In this document: piece by piece, positions 26,540-34,076 of the stretch | Position numbering within the stretch: position 1 is the first letter of the stretch | Layout: the number at the start of each line of letters is the position of its first letter | NCBI GenBank assembly: GCA_964457295.1 | Contig: CAYWEE010000001.1 | Coordinates: 14,298-78,297, forward strand | Length of the DNA: 64,000 nucleotides | Source of the DNA: an uncultured Gammaproteobacteria bacterium | GTDB taxonomy: Bacteria > Patescibacteriota > Patescibacteriia > 2-12-FULL-60-25 | Direction: 5' to 3' | The notes under the pieces: generated by a model | The model's input: the letters and a program-made list of their open reading frames with translations, nothing else | The model's database searches: none | What the model was told of the DNA's origin: nothing | Made by a program: the position numbers and the translations under genes

Positions 26540-27505
26540 ATGCGCCTATCTCTTCGTTTTTTTGTCGTAGCATCAGTTGTGGTATTGCTTGGTACTGGAT
26601 GCCAAATCCGACCACGGATTGTGCAAGCACCTGCTACTTCCTTACCGTCCGCTTCTTCGACGACGCCGATGGCGAATGGGCCGATTTTGGCGGTCGTTCA
26701 AAAAGTTGGACCAGACGCTCATGTGACGCGTGGGGGTGAGCGGTTACCCTTGCCGCCGGGGACAGTGTTGTTGCCGGGTGATGAGATTGAGACGGCTTCG
26801 AGTACGTTAACCATCTTGTTTCCAGAAACGGGTGTTTCACGTATGGAGCCAGGAAGTCGCGTAACGTTGGTTGCGGATCCGAACGCGCCCTCTTCAACGA
26901 ATTTGTTTGCAGAACTGAAGCTGACAGCTGGATCCGTGTGGACGCGGTTTGAACGTCTCCTAGGTCCAAGTGAGTGGTTTTCGGTCGAGGCGAATGGGGT
27001 GGTGGCGACGGTGCGAGGGACGGGGTTTGGGGTGACGCTTACACAAGATATTCTCGATATACAGGTGGCCGATCACACGGTGAGTGTGTTTGATGCGCCT
27101 GATATACTCGCACAAATTCCCAATTCGACCTGGCCCATGATACATGTGCAGGCAGGTGAAGGGTTTCGTATTGGTATAGCGAATATCGATGGGGGGTTGG
27201 ATTCCGTTGCTGATCTTCGTGCATATACCCGAACATTGAATCGTCAAGAAGTATCTCAAGAGCCATTTATTTTTTCGGCGACCAAACTCGCGCCTTCCAT
27301 GCTTCATCTTCCAGGAGTTTTGCGTCGTTTGCCGGTGACTCCGGTACTAGATAGCGCATTGATTCGAGAATTTAATTTGAACAAGACGATGCAGGCGATT
27401 TTTCCTCAGAAAGGTTTTCAGGCTCCAGCCCGCGGTATCTTACCGAGCGAGCAGGCACCGACGGGAACGCAGATTGTGCCTGTTATTGAGGGGCCGATAG
27501 AATAA
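26540..27505 (+). CDS. Lipoprotein with a FecR-like domain
   Basis: Lipobox LLGTGC. VTRGGERLPLPPGTVLLPGDEIETASSTLTILFPETGVSRMEPGSRV resembles the FecR fold. Confidence 0.6.
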   Translation: MRLSLRFFVVASVVVLLGTGCQIRPRIVQAPATSLPSASSTTPMANGPILAVVQKVGPDAHVTRGGERLPLPPGTVLLPGDEIETASSTLTILFPETGVSRMEPGSRVTLVADPNAPSSTNLFAELKLTAGSVWTRFERLLGPSEWFSVEANGVVATVRGTGFGVTLTQDILDIQVADHTVSVFDAPDILAQIPNSTWPMIHVQAGEGFRIGIANIDGGLDSVADLRAYTRTLNRQEVSQEPFIFSATKLAPSMLHLPGVLRRLPVTPVLDSALIREFNLNKTMQAIFPQKGFQAPARGILPSEQAPTGTQIVPVIEGPIE

Positions 27506-27558
27506 GGGGAGGGCGAATTGCCAATCTGGCTTTTTTCGGGCAGACTGGGCGAACACAG

Positions 27559-27585
27559 AGGGCGGACACATCGGTCCGCCCCTAC
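27559..27585. repeat. GC hairpin repeat AGGGCGGACRCATCGGTCCGCCCCTAC (copy 2)
   Basis: 26 of 27 nt identical to 2404-2430. Ends 4 nt before the lepA ATG. Confidence 0.6.
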
Positions 27586-27589
27586 GTAT

Positions 27590-29407
27590 ATGGCTGACCA
27601 ATCCCGCATCCGCAATTTTTGTATTATTGCTCACATTGACCACGGAAAATCGACCCTATCGGATCGCTTGCTTGAGGTGACCAAAACCATCGAATCGCGC
27701 AAGATGAAGGATCAGATGCTTGATACGATGGAGCTCGAACGTGAGCGAGGGATCACCATCAAGCTTCAGCCGGCGCGCATGGCCTACACGGGTAAGGATG
27801 GTGAAACGTATGAGTTGAACCTGATTGATACACCTGGTCACGTAGATTTTACCTACGAAGTTTCGCGTTCACTGGCTTCGGTCGAAGGAGCGATTCTGTT
27901 GGTCGACTCGACGCAGGGTGTGCAGGCGCAGACTATTGCGAACCTGTATCTGGCGATTGAGCAAGACCTGATGATCATTCCGGTGTTGAATAAAGTTGAT
28001 CTTCCCAATTCCGAAGTTGAGCGTCGAGCCGAAGAGTTGATGCGTCTCATTGGTTGCAAACGCGAAGAGATTTTGGCGGCTTCGGGAAAGACGGGTGTCG
28101 GCGTGCCGGAGATTTTGGAGCGCGTGGTCCATGATGTCCCTGCTCCAACTGGTCGAACGGATACGCCGCTTCGTGCCGTGATTTTTGATTCAAAGTACGA
28201 TGAGTATAAAGGGGTGATCGCCTATATCCGCGTGGTCGATGGTGTCATGACGAAGGGGCAAAAGATTCATTTCATGGCAGCTCAAGCGGATGCCGAAGTT
28301 TTGGATGTCGGGTATTTGAAGCCGGAGATGACGTCGTCGCCAACCGTCACGACGGGGCAGATCGGATATGTGGTTACGGGTTTAAAAGATATTTCTGCGG
28401 TTCGCGTTGGTGACACGATTACGGTGCTTGAAGCGATGTCACAGGTCGAGCCGTTGCCGGGATATAAAGATGTTCGTCCCATGGTGTATGCTGGGATTTT
28501 TCCCAAAGAGGGGAATGAATATGAGCGGTTACGCGATGCGATTTTGAAATTAAAATTGTCTGACGCCGCCTTGGCCTTTGAGCCCGAGCATTCAACCGCC
28601 TTGGGATTTGGATTCCGTTGCGGATTGTTGGGAATGTTGCACCTCGAGATTGTCCAAGAGCGTTTGCGTCGTGAGCATCGCATGGAGGTAGTGGTGACGA
28701 CGCCTTCCGTGGCCTACGAAGTGACGCGAACAGACGGCACGCAAGAGGTGATTACCTCTCCTATGGATTTCCCCGAGCCCTCCCATTTGGCAGAAGCTCG
28801 TGAACCGTGGGTGTCGGTTGATATCGTGTGTCCGTCTGACTATATCGGAAACGTCATGTCGTTAGTTCAAGATCGTCGCGGTGTGTACAAGACAACGGAG
28901 TATTTTGATACTACGCGCGCTGTGCTGCATTACGATATGCCGCTTTCGTCGGTCATCGTTGATTTTCACGACAAGCTTAAAAGCGCAAGTTCTGGCTATG
29001 CTTCCTTGAATTATGATTTTATCGGCTATCGTCCCGCGCCGATCGTTCTCATGAATATCATGGTGGCAGAAAAACCTGTGGCGGCATTTGCCACCCTCAT
29101 TCACACAGAAGAGGCGCAGCGTCGGGGTAAAGACATCGTCGAAGCCTTGAAGGATACGTTGCCGCGCCAGCAATTCGTCATCAAAATTCAGGCGGCCATC
29201 GGAGCCAAGGTCATTGCCTCGGAGCGCATTCAGGCGTTTCGTAAAGATGTTACCGGCTATTTGTATGGAGGCGATGTGACGCGTAAAATGAAGTTGCTTG
29301 AAAAACAAAAGAAAGGAAAAAAGAAAATGATGGCTATGGGTGCGGGTTCTGTGGATATTCCCCAAGAAGCGTTTATTCGCGTCTTGCGTCGCGAGACACG
29401 TAACTAA
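27590..29407 (+). CDS. lepA: Translation elongation factor 4 (LepA)
   Basis: IRNFCIIAHIDHGKSTLSDRLL, DTPGHVDF, NKVD and the LepA C-terminal domain. Confidence 0.95.
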   Translation: MADQSRIRNFCIIAHIDHGKSTLSDRLLEVTKTIESRKMKDQMLDTMELERERGITIKLQPARMAYTGKDGETYELNLIDTPGHVDFTYEVSRSLASVEGAILLVDSTQGVQAQTIANLYLAIEQDLMIIPVLNKVDLPNSEVERRAEELMRLIGCKREEILAASGKTGVGVPEILERVVHDVPAPTGRTDTPLRAVIFDSKYDEYKGVIAYIRVVDGVMTKGQKIHFMAAQADAEVLDVGYLKPEMTSSPTVTTGQIGYVVTGLKDISAVRVGDTITVLEAMSQVEPLPGYKDVRPMVYAGIFPKEGNEYERLRDAILKLKLSDAALAFEPEHSTALGFGFRCGLLGMLHLEIVQERLRREHRMEVVVTTPSVAYEVTRTDGTQEVITSPMDFPEPSHLAEAREPWVSVDIVCPSDYIGNVMSLVQDRRGVYKTTEYFDTTRAVLHYDMPLSSVIVDFHDKLKSASSGYASLNYDFIGYRPAPIVLMNIMVAEKPVAAFATLIHTEEAQRRGKDIVEALKDTLPRQQFVIKIQAAIGAKVIASERIQAFRKDVTGYLYGGDVTRKMKLLEKQKKGKKKMMAMGAGSVDIPQEAFIRVLRRETRN

Positions 29408-29427
29408 TACAGTGAGCTTGTCGAACT

Positions 29428-29529
29428 ATGAAAAAACAAACCAAGCAAATTTTGTGGAAGATCCTCTTGAGTTTTGTTGCCTTCTCCACGATCTTCTTTT
29501 TGCTCGCGCCACTCGCGACGATGTTTTAA
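29428..29529 (+). CDS. Possible 33-aa membrane peptide
   Basis: Not in the ORF track. MKKQTKQILWKILLSFVAFSTIFFLLAPLATMF fills the lepA-recJ gap; its stop lies 3 nt before the recJ ATG. Confidence 0.3.
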   Translation: MKKQTKQILWKILLSFVAFSTIFFLLAPLATMF

Positions 29530-29532
29530 ATC

Positions 29533-31260
29533 ATGCAAAAACGGTGGCAACTGCCTGCGGGCAGCGTTGAGCTCAAGGACCACGCGTCTTTGACTCAGGC
29601 GTTATTGCGCCTTCGGGGGATAGCTGAAGGGTTCGAAGAGAGCCGATTTTTGGAGCCCTCCTGGAACGACGGGATTCATGACCCATCTTTATTCGCTCAG
29701 ATGTCTCAGGCCGTCGAGCGGATCTATCAAGCGATTGAACGTAAAGAACGCATCACCGTTCATGGCGATTATGATGCGGATGGTGTCACGGGTAGCGCGG
29801 TTTTGATAACGGCCCTTCGGGAGATCGAGCGTCTGGTGGGGGTGGGGACGCCGTCGTTGATTGATGCCTATATTCCGCATCGGGACGCCGAAGGATATGG
29901 TTTGCATCCCGAAACCGTTGAGACTCTGTATGGGCGCGGGACGTCACTTATCATCACGGTTGATTGTGGTATCGCCTGTGTCGACGAAATCGCTTTAGCA
30001 AAAGAACAGGGGATCGATACCATCGTGGTCGATCATCATCAATTTGGTGACACGTTGCCGGATGGGATTTTGATCCATCCAAAGCTCCCCGGTGAAACCT
30101 ATCCGTTTCCGCATCTTGCGGCGGTAGGTGTGGCCTGGAAGCTTGCGACCGCTTTACTGAATGAAGGACGAAAGCGCGGCTTGCCTATTCCCGAAGGTTG
30201 GGAAAAGTGGCTTTTGGATTTTGTTTCCATCGCCACGGTGACAGATATGGTTTCACTGACAGGCGAAAATCGCGTTCTCGAAACGTATGGACTCAAAGTT
30301 TTAAATAAGACGCGTCGACCTGGTTTACAGGCACTCATTCGTCTTGCGGGATATGAGCTCGGAACGTTGACGACCGAGTCTGTTGGCTTTGGTTTGGGTC
30401 CGCGGATTAACGCGGCCGGGCGCATGGATCGAGCGATGGTGGCGCTTGAACTCATGTTGGCAGAATCTTTGGAAGAAGCATCGATGTTGGCTGAGCGTTT
30501 GGAAGGATTGAATCGTGATCGTCAAAAAGTAACGCGCAGGATGATGGGGGAGGCGGAAGAACAGTTTGCACAAAGTGAGGCGGCAAATGTAGTAATTCTA
30601 CATTCAGAAGAATGGTCACCGTCGCTCGTCGGTTTGGTCGCAGGCAAGTATGTTGAAAAAACCGGTAAGCCGACAATTGCGATTGGACGTTACGGGGATC
30701 GTTGGGTCGGTTCGGGGCGGTCGACGGCGTCATATGATATTACGGAAGCAGTCAAGCGCGCAGGAGAAGGTATTCTCACGCATGCGGGTGGCCATGTGCA
30801 GGCGTGTGGGTTTTCTTTTCCCGTTGATGCCTCCAAAGAGATGCTGTTTGAGCGTTTGCGCGCCGATGCGGCAACGCGCCTTTCTCTTGAGGATTTGATT
30901 CCTATACTCCCGATCGATGCCGAAATTGCGTTATCCCTGGTTGATTGGAAATTTTTGGATGTCTTGCGCATGCTTGAGCCGTACGGCGAAGGGAATAAGC
31001 GTCCTACGTTTGTGACGCGAAATGTACAGGTTGTTTCGTGTGAGGGCATGGGAAAAGATTTGCACCATGTGCGTTTGGTGTTGCGCTCCGCCGAGGGCCC
31101 AGCCATGAAATTCGTAGGATTCAACTTTGGAGATCGGATTGATGAATTGCAGGTCGGTATGCGGGTTGATGTGGTGTATCAAGTCGGACTTAATGAATGG
31201 AATGGACGAAGAGATATCCAGTGTTCGCTTATGGATGTACGGTCAACAAAGGCGGAATAA
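29533..31260 (+). CDS. recJ: Single-stranded-DNA-specific exonuclease RecJ
   Basis: DHH motifs HGDYDADGVTG, DCG and VVDHH, plus DHHA1 GGH. Confidence 0.9.
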   Translation: MQKRWQLPAGSVELKDHASLTQALLRLRGIAEGFEESRFLEPSWNDGIHDPSLFAQMSQAVERIYQAIERKERITVHGDYDADGVTGSAVLITALREIERLVGVGTPSLIDAYIPHRDAEGYGLHPETVETLYGRGTSLIITVDCGIACVDEIALAKEQGIDTIVVDHHQFGDTLPDGILIHPKLPGETYPFPHLAAVGVAWKLATALLNEGRKRGLPIPEGWEKWLLDFVSIATVTDMVSLTGENRVLETYGLKVLNKTRRPGLQALIRLAGYELGTLTTESVGFGLGPRINAAGRMDRAMVALELMLAESLEEASMLAERLEGLNRDRQKVTRRMMGEAEEQFAQSEAANVVILHSEEWSPSLVGLVAGKYVEKTGKPTIAIGRYGDRWVGSGRSTASYDITEAVKRAGEGILTHAGGHVQACGFSFPVDASKEMLFERLRADAATRLSLEDLIPILPIDAEIALSLVDWKFLDVLRMLEPYGEGNKRPTFVTRNVQVVSCEGMGKDLHHVRLVLRSAEGPAMKFVGFNFGDRIDELQVGMRVDVVYQVGLNEWNGRRDIQCSLMDVRSTKAE

Positions 31261-31417
31261 GTTTTTATATTGGAGATTTTTTGAGTATTTTTGTGAAGAT
31301 ATAGATACTCGTTTTGAGCGAAAAGACTTGACAAAATGGGTATTTTATGAAAACGTAGCTTCAACATCGCCAAAGCGATGCGATCGTTTCATCTGTCAGT
31401 GTGTGAGGAGGCCTTTC

Positions 31418-31723
31418 ATGTCCACCATCATGGAGTACATCGGGATCTCAGACGTGACGTGCGACACCTCTGACGGAGAAGTTTCCTTCGTCGAGTTCCG
31501 GACCCTTCCCAGCCACGGTATGGAGGAGGGGTGGTACGAGCAGGTCCTGCGGAGGGTCAAGGAGCTCGGTTTCATGTTCGTGAACGGCTTCCTTCTCAGG
31601 GAGCTCAAGCAAAAGTACCTCGAACAATATCCGACGTATCCGCTGGTCGGATGGGGGGAGATCGCTTACTTCATGGCGGCGAATGATGTCGCGCGCTTCC
31701 CCGTTCAGAAGAAAACTCCTTAG
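31418..31723 (+). CDS. Orphan hypothetical protein, 101 aa, GC3-rich
   Basis: Strong SD GAGGAGG 6 nt upstream of the ATG. Codon third positions are visibly G/C-rich compared with flanking genes. No motif recognised. Confidence 0.5.
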   Translation: MSTIMEYIGISDVTCDTSDGEVSFVEFRTLPSHGMEEGWYEQVLRRVKELGFMFVNGFLLRELKQKYLEQYPTYPLVGWGEIAYFMAANDVARFPVQKKTP

Positions 31724-31823
31724 CACCGTCGAGACAAGAGTGTGTCGTCGAAAGACGATATAGGGCAGCGTCATCCGTGAATGATGCGCCCCGCACTTTC
31801 GTCTTCGACGGTGCGCTTTTGTT
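31723..31823 (+). terminator. Multi-hairpin 3' structure ending in a GGTGCGCTTTTGTT terminator tail
   Basis: Closing helix GCACCGTCGA (31723-31732) / TCGACGGTGC (31805-31814). It encloses TGTCGTC-GAAA-GACGATA and GCG(T)CATC-CGTGAAT-GATGCGC. Confidence 0.5.
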
Positions 31824-31967
31824 ATAGAACGAACGATCCGCAGAAGAACTCGACCAAGAGTGATATACTGGCGGCTAAATGACGCCGCCTGCCATATCTG
31901 TTACTCCAAAGCACACGGTTAAAGATGTCGTGCGTTTTTTTGGCAGTTCTATCGGAAGTATCCTTGG

Positions 31968-32171
31968 TTGATATTTTTTATTTTATCATTTGGCGCAGCC
32001 GCAGAAATCCTACAGAGTGTACTATCAGCCATCATGGAAATGGATCGCATTATTGTGATGGAAGAAGGAAGAGTCGTGGATGAAGGGACTCATGACGAAC
32101 TCTTACAAAAAGTGGGGATCTATCAGAAGCTTTGGAATATCCAGGCTGGCGGGTTTGCTGATTCTGATTGA
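31968..32171 (+). pseudogene. Remnant of an ABC exporter ATPase (last ~50 codons only)
   Basis: LSAIMEMDRIIVMEEGRVVDEGTHDELLQKVGIYQKLWNIQ matches the extreme C-terminus of MsbA-like ABC proteins. No Walker A/B or signature motif lies upstream. Confidence 0.7.
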
Positions 32172-32205
32172 CCAGGCCGGTCCGGTATGTAATAGTGTAT
32201 GTATT

Positions 32206-32478
32206 ATGCCTAGTGTGTATTCCGTTATCGGAAAAGAGAATATCGCTTCGGTGCGCGATATTCAAAGAAATCCTTCGCAAGCACTACGTGGATTAACGCG
32301 GGTCATGCGGGGCAGTCAAACGATGGGATTTTATTTTTCTCAAGATCTATTTGATGAGCTGCTTGAGGATATCGAAGCTGCCGGTAGTCAGCGTCTTAAA
32401 AAACGCACGAAGGAAGCGCGGGCTGGTAAGGGAAAAACACATACGCTCGATGAGGTTGCTCGTCGGTATGGGGTATAA
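32206..32478 (+). CDS. Type II antitoxin (partner of the RelE/ParE toxin)
   Basis: 90 aa starting MPSVYSV. Overlaps the toxin start by 11 nt. Confidence 0.6.
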   Translation: MPSVYSVIGKENIASVRDIQRNPSQALRGLTRVMRGSQTMGFYFSQDLFDELLEDIEAAGSQRLKKRTKEARAGKGKTHTLDEVARRYGV

Positions 32479-32728
32479 CATCGTTTTGACGGATCACGCT
32501 TTAGAAGATCTGGAACAACTAGATGACGTGATCGCTAAGCGCGTGGTGAAGAAATTACAGTGGTTTGCCCGACAATCGAATCCGTTACAGTTCGCTAAGC
32601 CTCTTCGGCAATCAGCGGCTGGAGATTATCGATTTCGTATTGGAGAATATCGAGCTATTGCTATTATTCGTTTAAAACAGCGGATAGAAATTACCGCGAT
32701 TGGTCATCGAAACGAAATTTATCGGTAA
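32468..32728 (+). CDS. RelE/ParE-family type II toxin
   Basis: 86 aa. GDYRFRIGEYRAIAII...ITAIGHRNEIY is the RelE/ParE C-terminal core. Confidence 0.8.
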   Translation: MGYNIVLTDHALEDLEQLDDVIAKRVVKKLQWFARQSNPLQFAKPLRQSAAGDYRFRIGEYRAIAIIRLKQRIEITAIGHRNEIYR

Positions 32729-32730
32729 CT

Positions 32731-33156
32731 ATGCATCTCATCATCCACACCGACGGCGGCGCACGCGGGAATCCGGGTCCAGCAGGGATCGGGGTGTATA
32801 TTACGGACGAAAAAAGAAACGTGATAGAAGAGCACGCGAAATATCTTGGCGTTGCGACGAATAATCACGCTGAATATGCGGCTGCGATTTTGGCCTTGGA
32901 ACGAGCGGTGGCCTTGAAGGCTTCATCGGTCGAGCTTGTCGCCGACAGTGAGCTGTTGATTCGACAGGCAACGGGAAAATATCGCGTCAAGAATCCGGAG
33001 ATCGGCAAGCAATTTATGCAATTAAAGCGCCTGGAATCCGAGCTGGGCGGACATGTGCGTTATCGTCATGTGCGTCGGGAATACAATCTTGACGCCGATC
33101 GTCTCTCGAACGAGGCGATGGATCAGGGGATGGGGAGAAAACAGCGTGGTGTTTAG
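32731..33156 (+). CDS. rnhA: Ribonuclease HI
   Basis: HTDGGARGNPGPAG, NNHAEY, DSELL and DADRLSNEA (DEDD catalytic pattern). Confidence 0.85.
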   Translation: MHLIIHTDGGARGNPGPAGIGVYITDEKRNVIEEHAKYLGVATNNHAEYAAAILALERAVALKASSVELVADSELLIRQATGKYRVKNPEIGKQFMQLKRLESELGGHVRYRHVRREYNLDADRLSNEAMDQGMGRKQRGV

Positions 33157-33248
33157 ATTTGTACTATATTTGACGATTTTGACCGACAGAGTAAGCTCCG
33201 TTCGTTGGTCATTTTAATCAGGTTCGTTTTAAGCTCTCGTAGTATTTT

Positions 33249-33938
33249 ATGAAGAGAATTTTTTCGTTTTCTCAATCAATAGTGGTCATTGTTATCGCGT
33301 CCATGTTGGCATCTATATCGTTTCCACAAGCCTCGTTTGCCGCTACCTTGACTGCCACTTTTGTTCCAGATCTTGATGGATGGAAGAGTTTTAAGACGGG
33401 CTATCAAGGATTTTGGGCGGATGGGTATAATTCTTTCGGCGCTCCGATTACAAGTGGTGAAACATATAAGAAGATTGATGAAAATCCTTGTGCAACAAGT
33501 TTATATCTTGACGATTATATTTTTCCTCGAGTAAGCACGACCTCTAATCAGGGCGATATCGAACAAGCTTATCGAATGCAGATCTATTCCTTTATTGCGG
33601 TTGGTAGCGAGATTCAGAGTATTAAAATTACTCCCTGTGCTCATCATCGAAATAGATCTGGCAAAGCTGATAATGGATTAACGCCGACGTTTAAAGTGTT
33701 TTATCGTTACTCCGGTGGCGGGGTTATTTTTCCGGTGACGGGATATAGCCAGCCGTATCAGCTCAGTTCTTCCACTCAAGCCGTATCAGCAGATCTTGCG
33801 CCTGCGGTATTTAACAATTTACATTTGCAGCGAAATATTGGCACGGTATTAGAAATCGGCATTGAGGCGGATGATGTGTATCAATCTGAACAGATCGCTT
33901 TAAGCGGCCTGCGTGCTGAGATTACTTGGTCTGAGTAA
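33249..33938 (+). CDS. Secreted hypothetical protein, 229 aa
   Basis: Signal peptide ending SFA-AT. AT-richer by eye. Lies immediately upstream of the pilus locus. Confidence 0.6.
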   Translation: MKRIFSFSQSIVVIVIASMLASISFPQASFAATLTATFVPDLDGWKSFKTGYQGFWADGYNSFGAPITSGETYKKIDENPCATSLYLDDYIFPRVSTTSNQGDIEQAYRMQIYSFIAVGSEIQSIKITPCAHHRNRSGKADNGLTPTFKVFYRYSGGGVIFPVTGYSQPYQLSSSTQAVSADLAPAVFNNLHLQRNIGTVLEIGIEADDVYQSEQIALSGLRAEITWSE

Positions 33939-33957
33939 TTGGGATTTCGGAGCTGAA

Positions 33958-33990
33958 AACATAAAAGAGCTCATTGAGCTCTTTTATGTT
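33958..33990. terminator. Strong intrinsic terminator
   Basis: AACATAAAAGAGCTC-ATT-GAGCTCTTTTATGTT, a perfect 15-bp stem. Confidence 0.75.
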
Positions 33991-34059
33991 AGTGATTTTT
34001 ACCTTTTTTTCACCAGGGAATCGTATCAAATGTTTTTTGCGGAATAAAGTCAACTCATG

Positions 34060-34068
34060 TGCTACACT
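34060..34068 (+). promoter_or_regulatory. Candidate extended -10 element TGCTACACT; implies a near-leaderless transcript
   Basis: The -10 ends 8 nt before the ATG at 34077. No SD is present. Confidence 0.3.
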
Positions 34069-34076
34069 AGGCACCA

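Noticed and set aside
31968-32171. The tracked 67-aa ORF was considered as an intact small gene.
   Set aside because: Only its last ~45 residues resemble anything (the C-terminal tail of ABC exporter ATPases). The N-terminal part has no Walker or signature motifs, so I treat it as a gene remnant.
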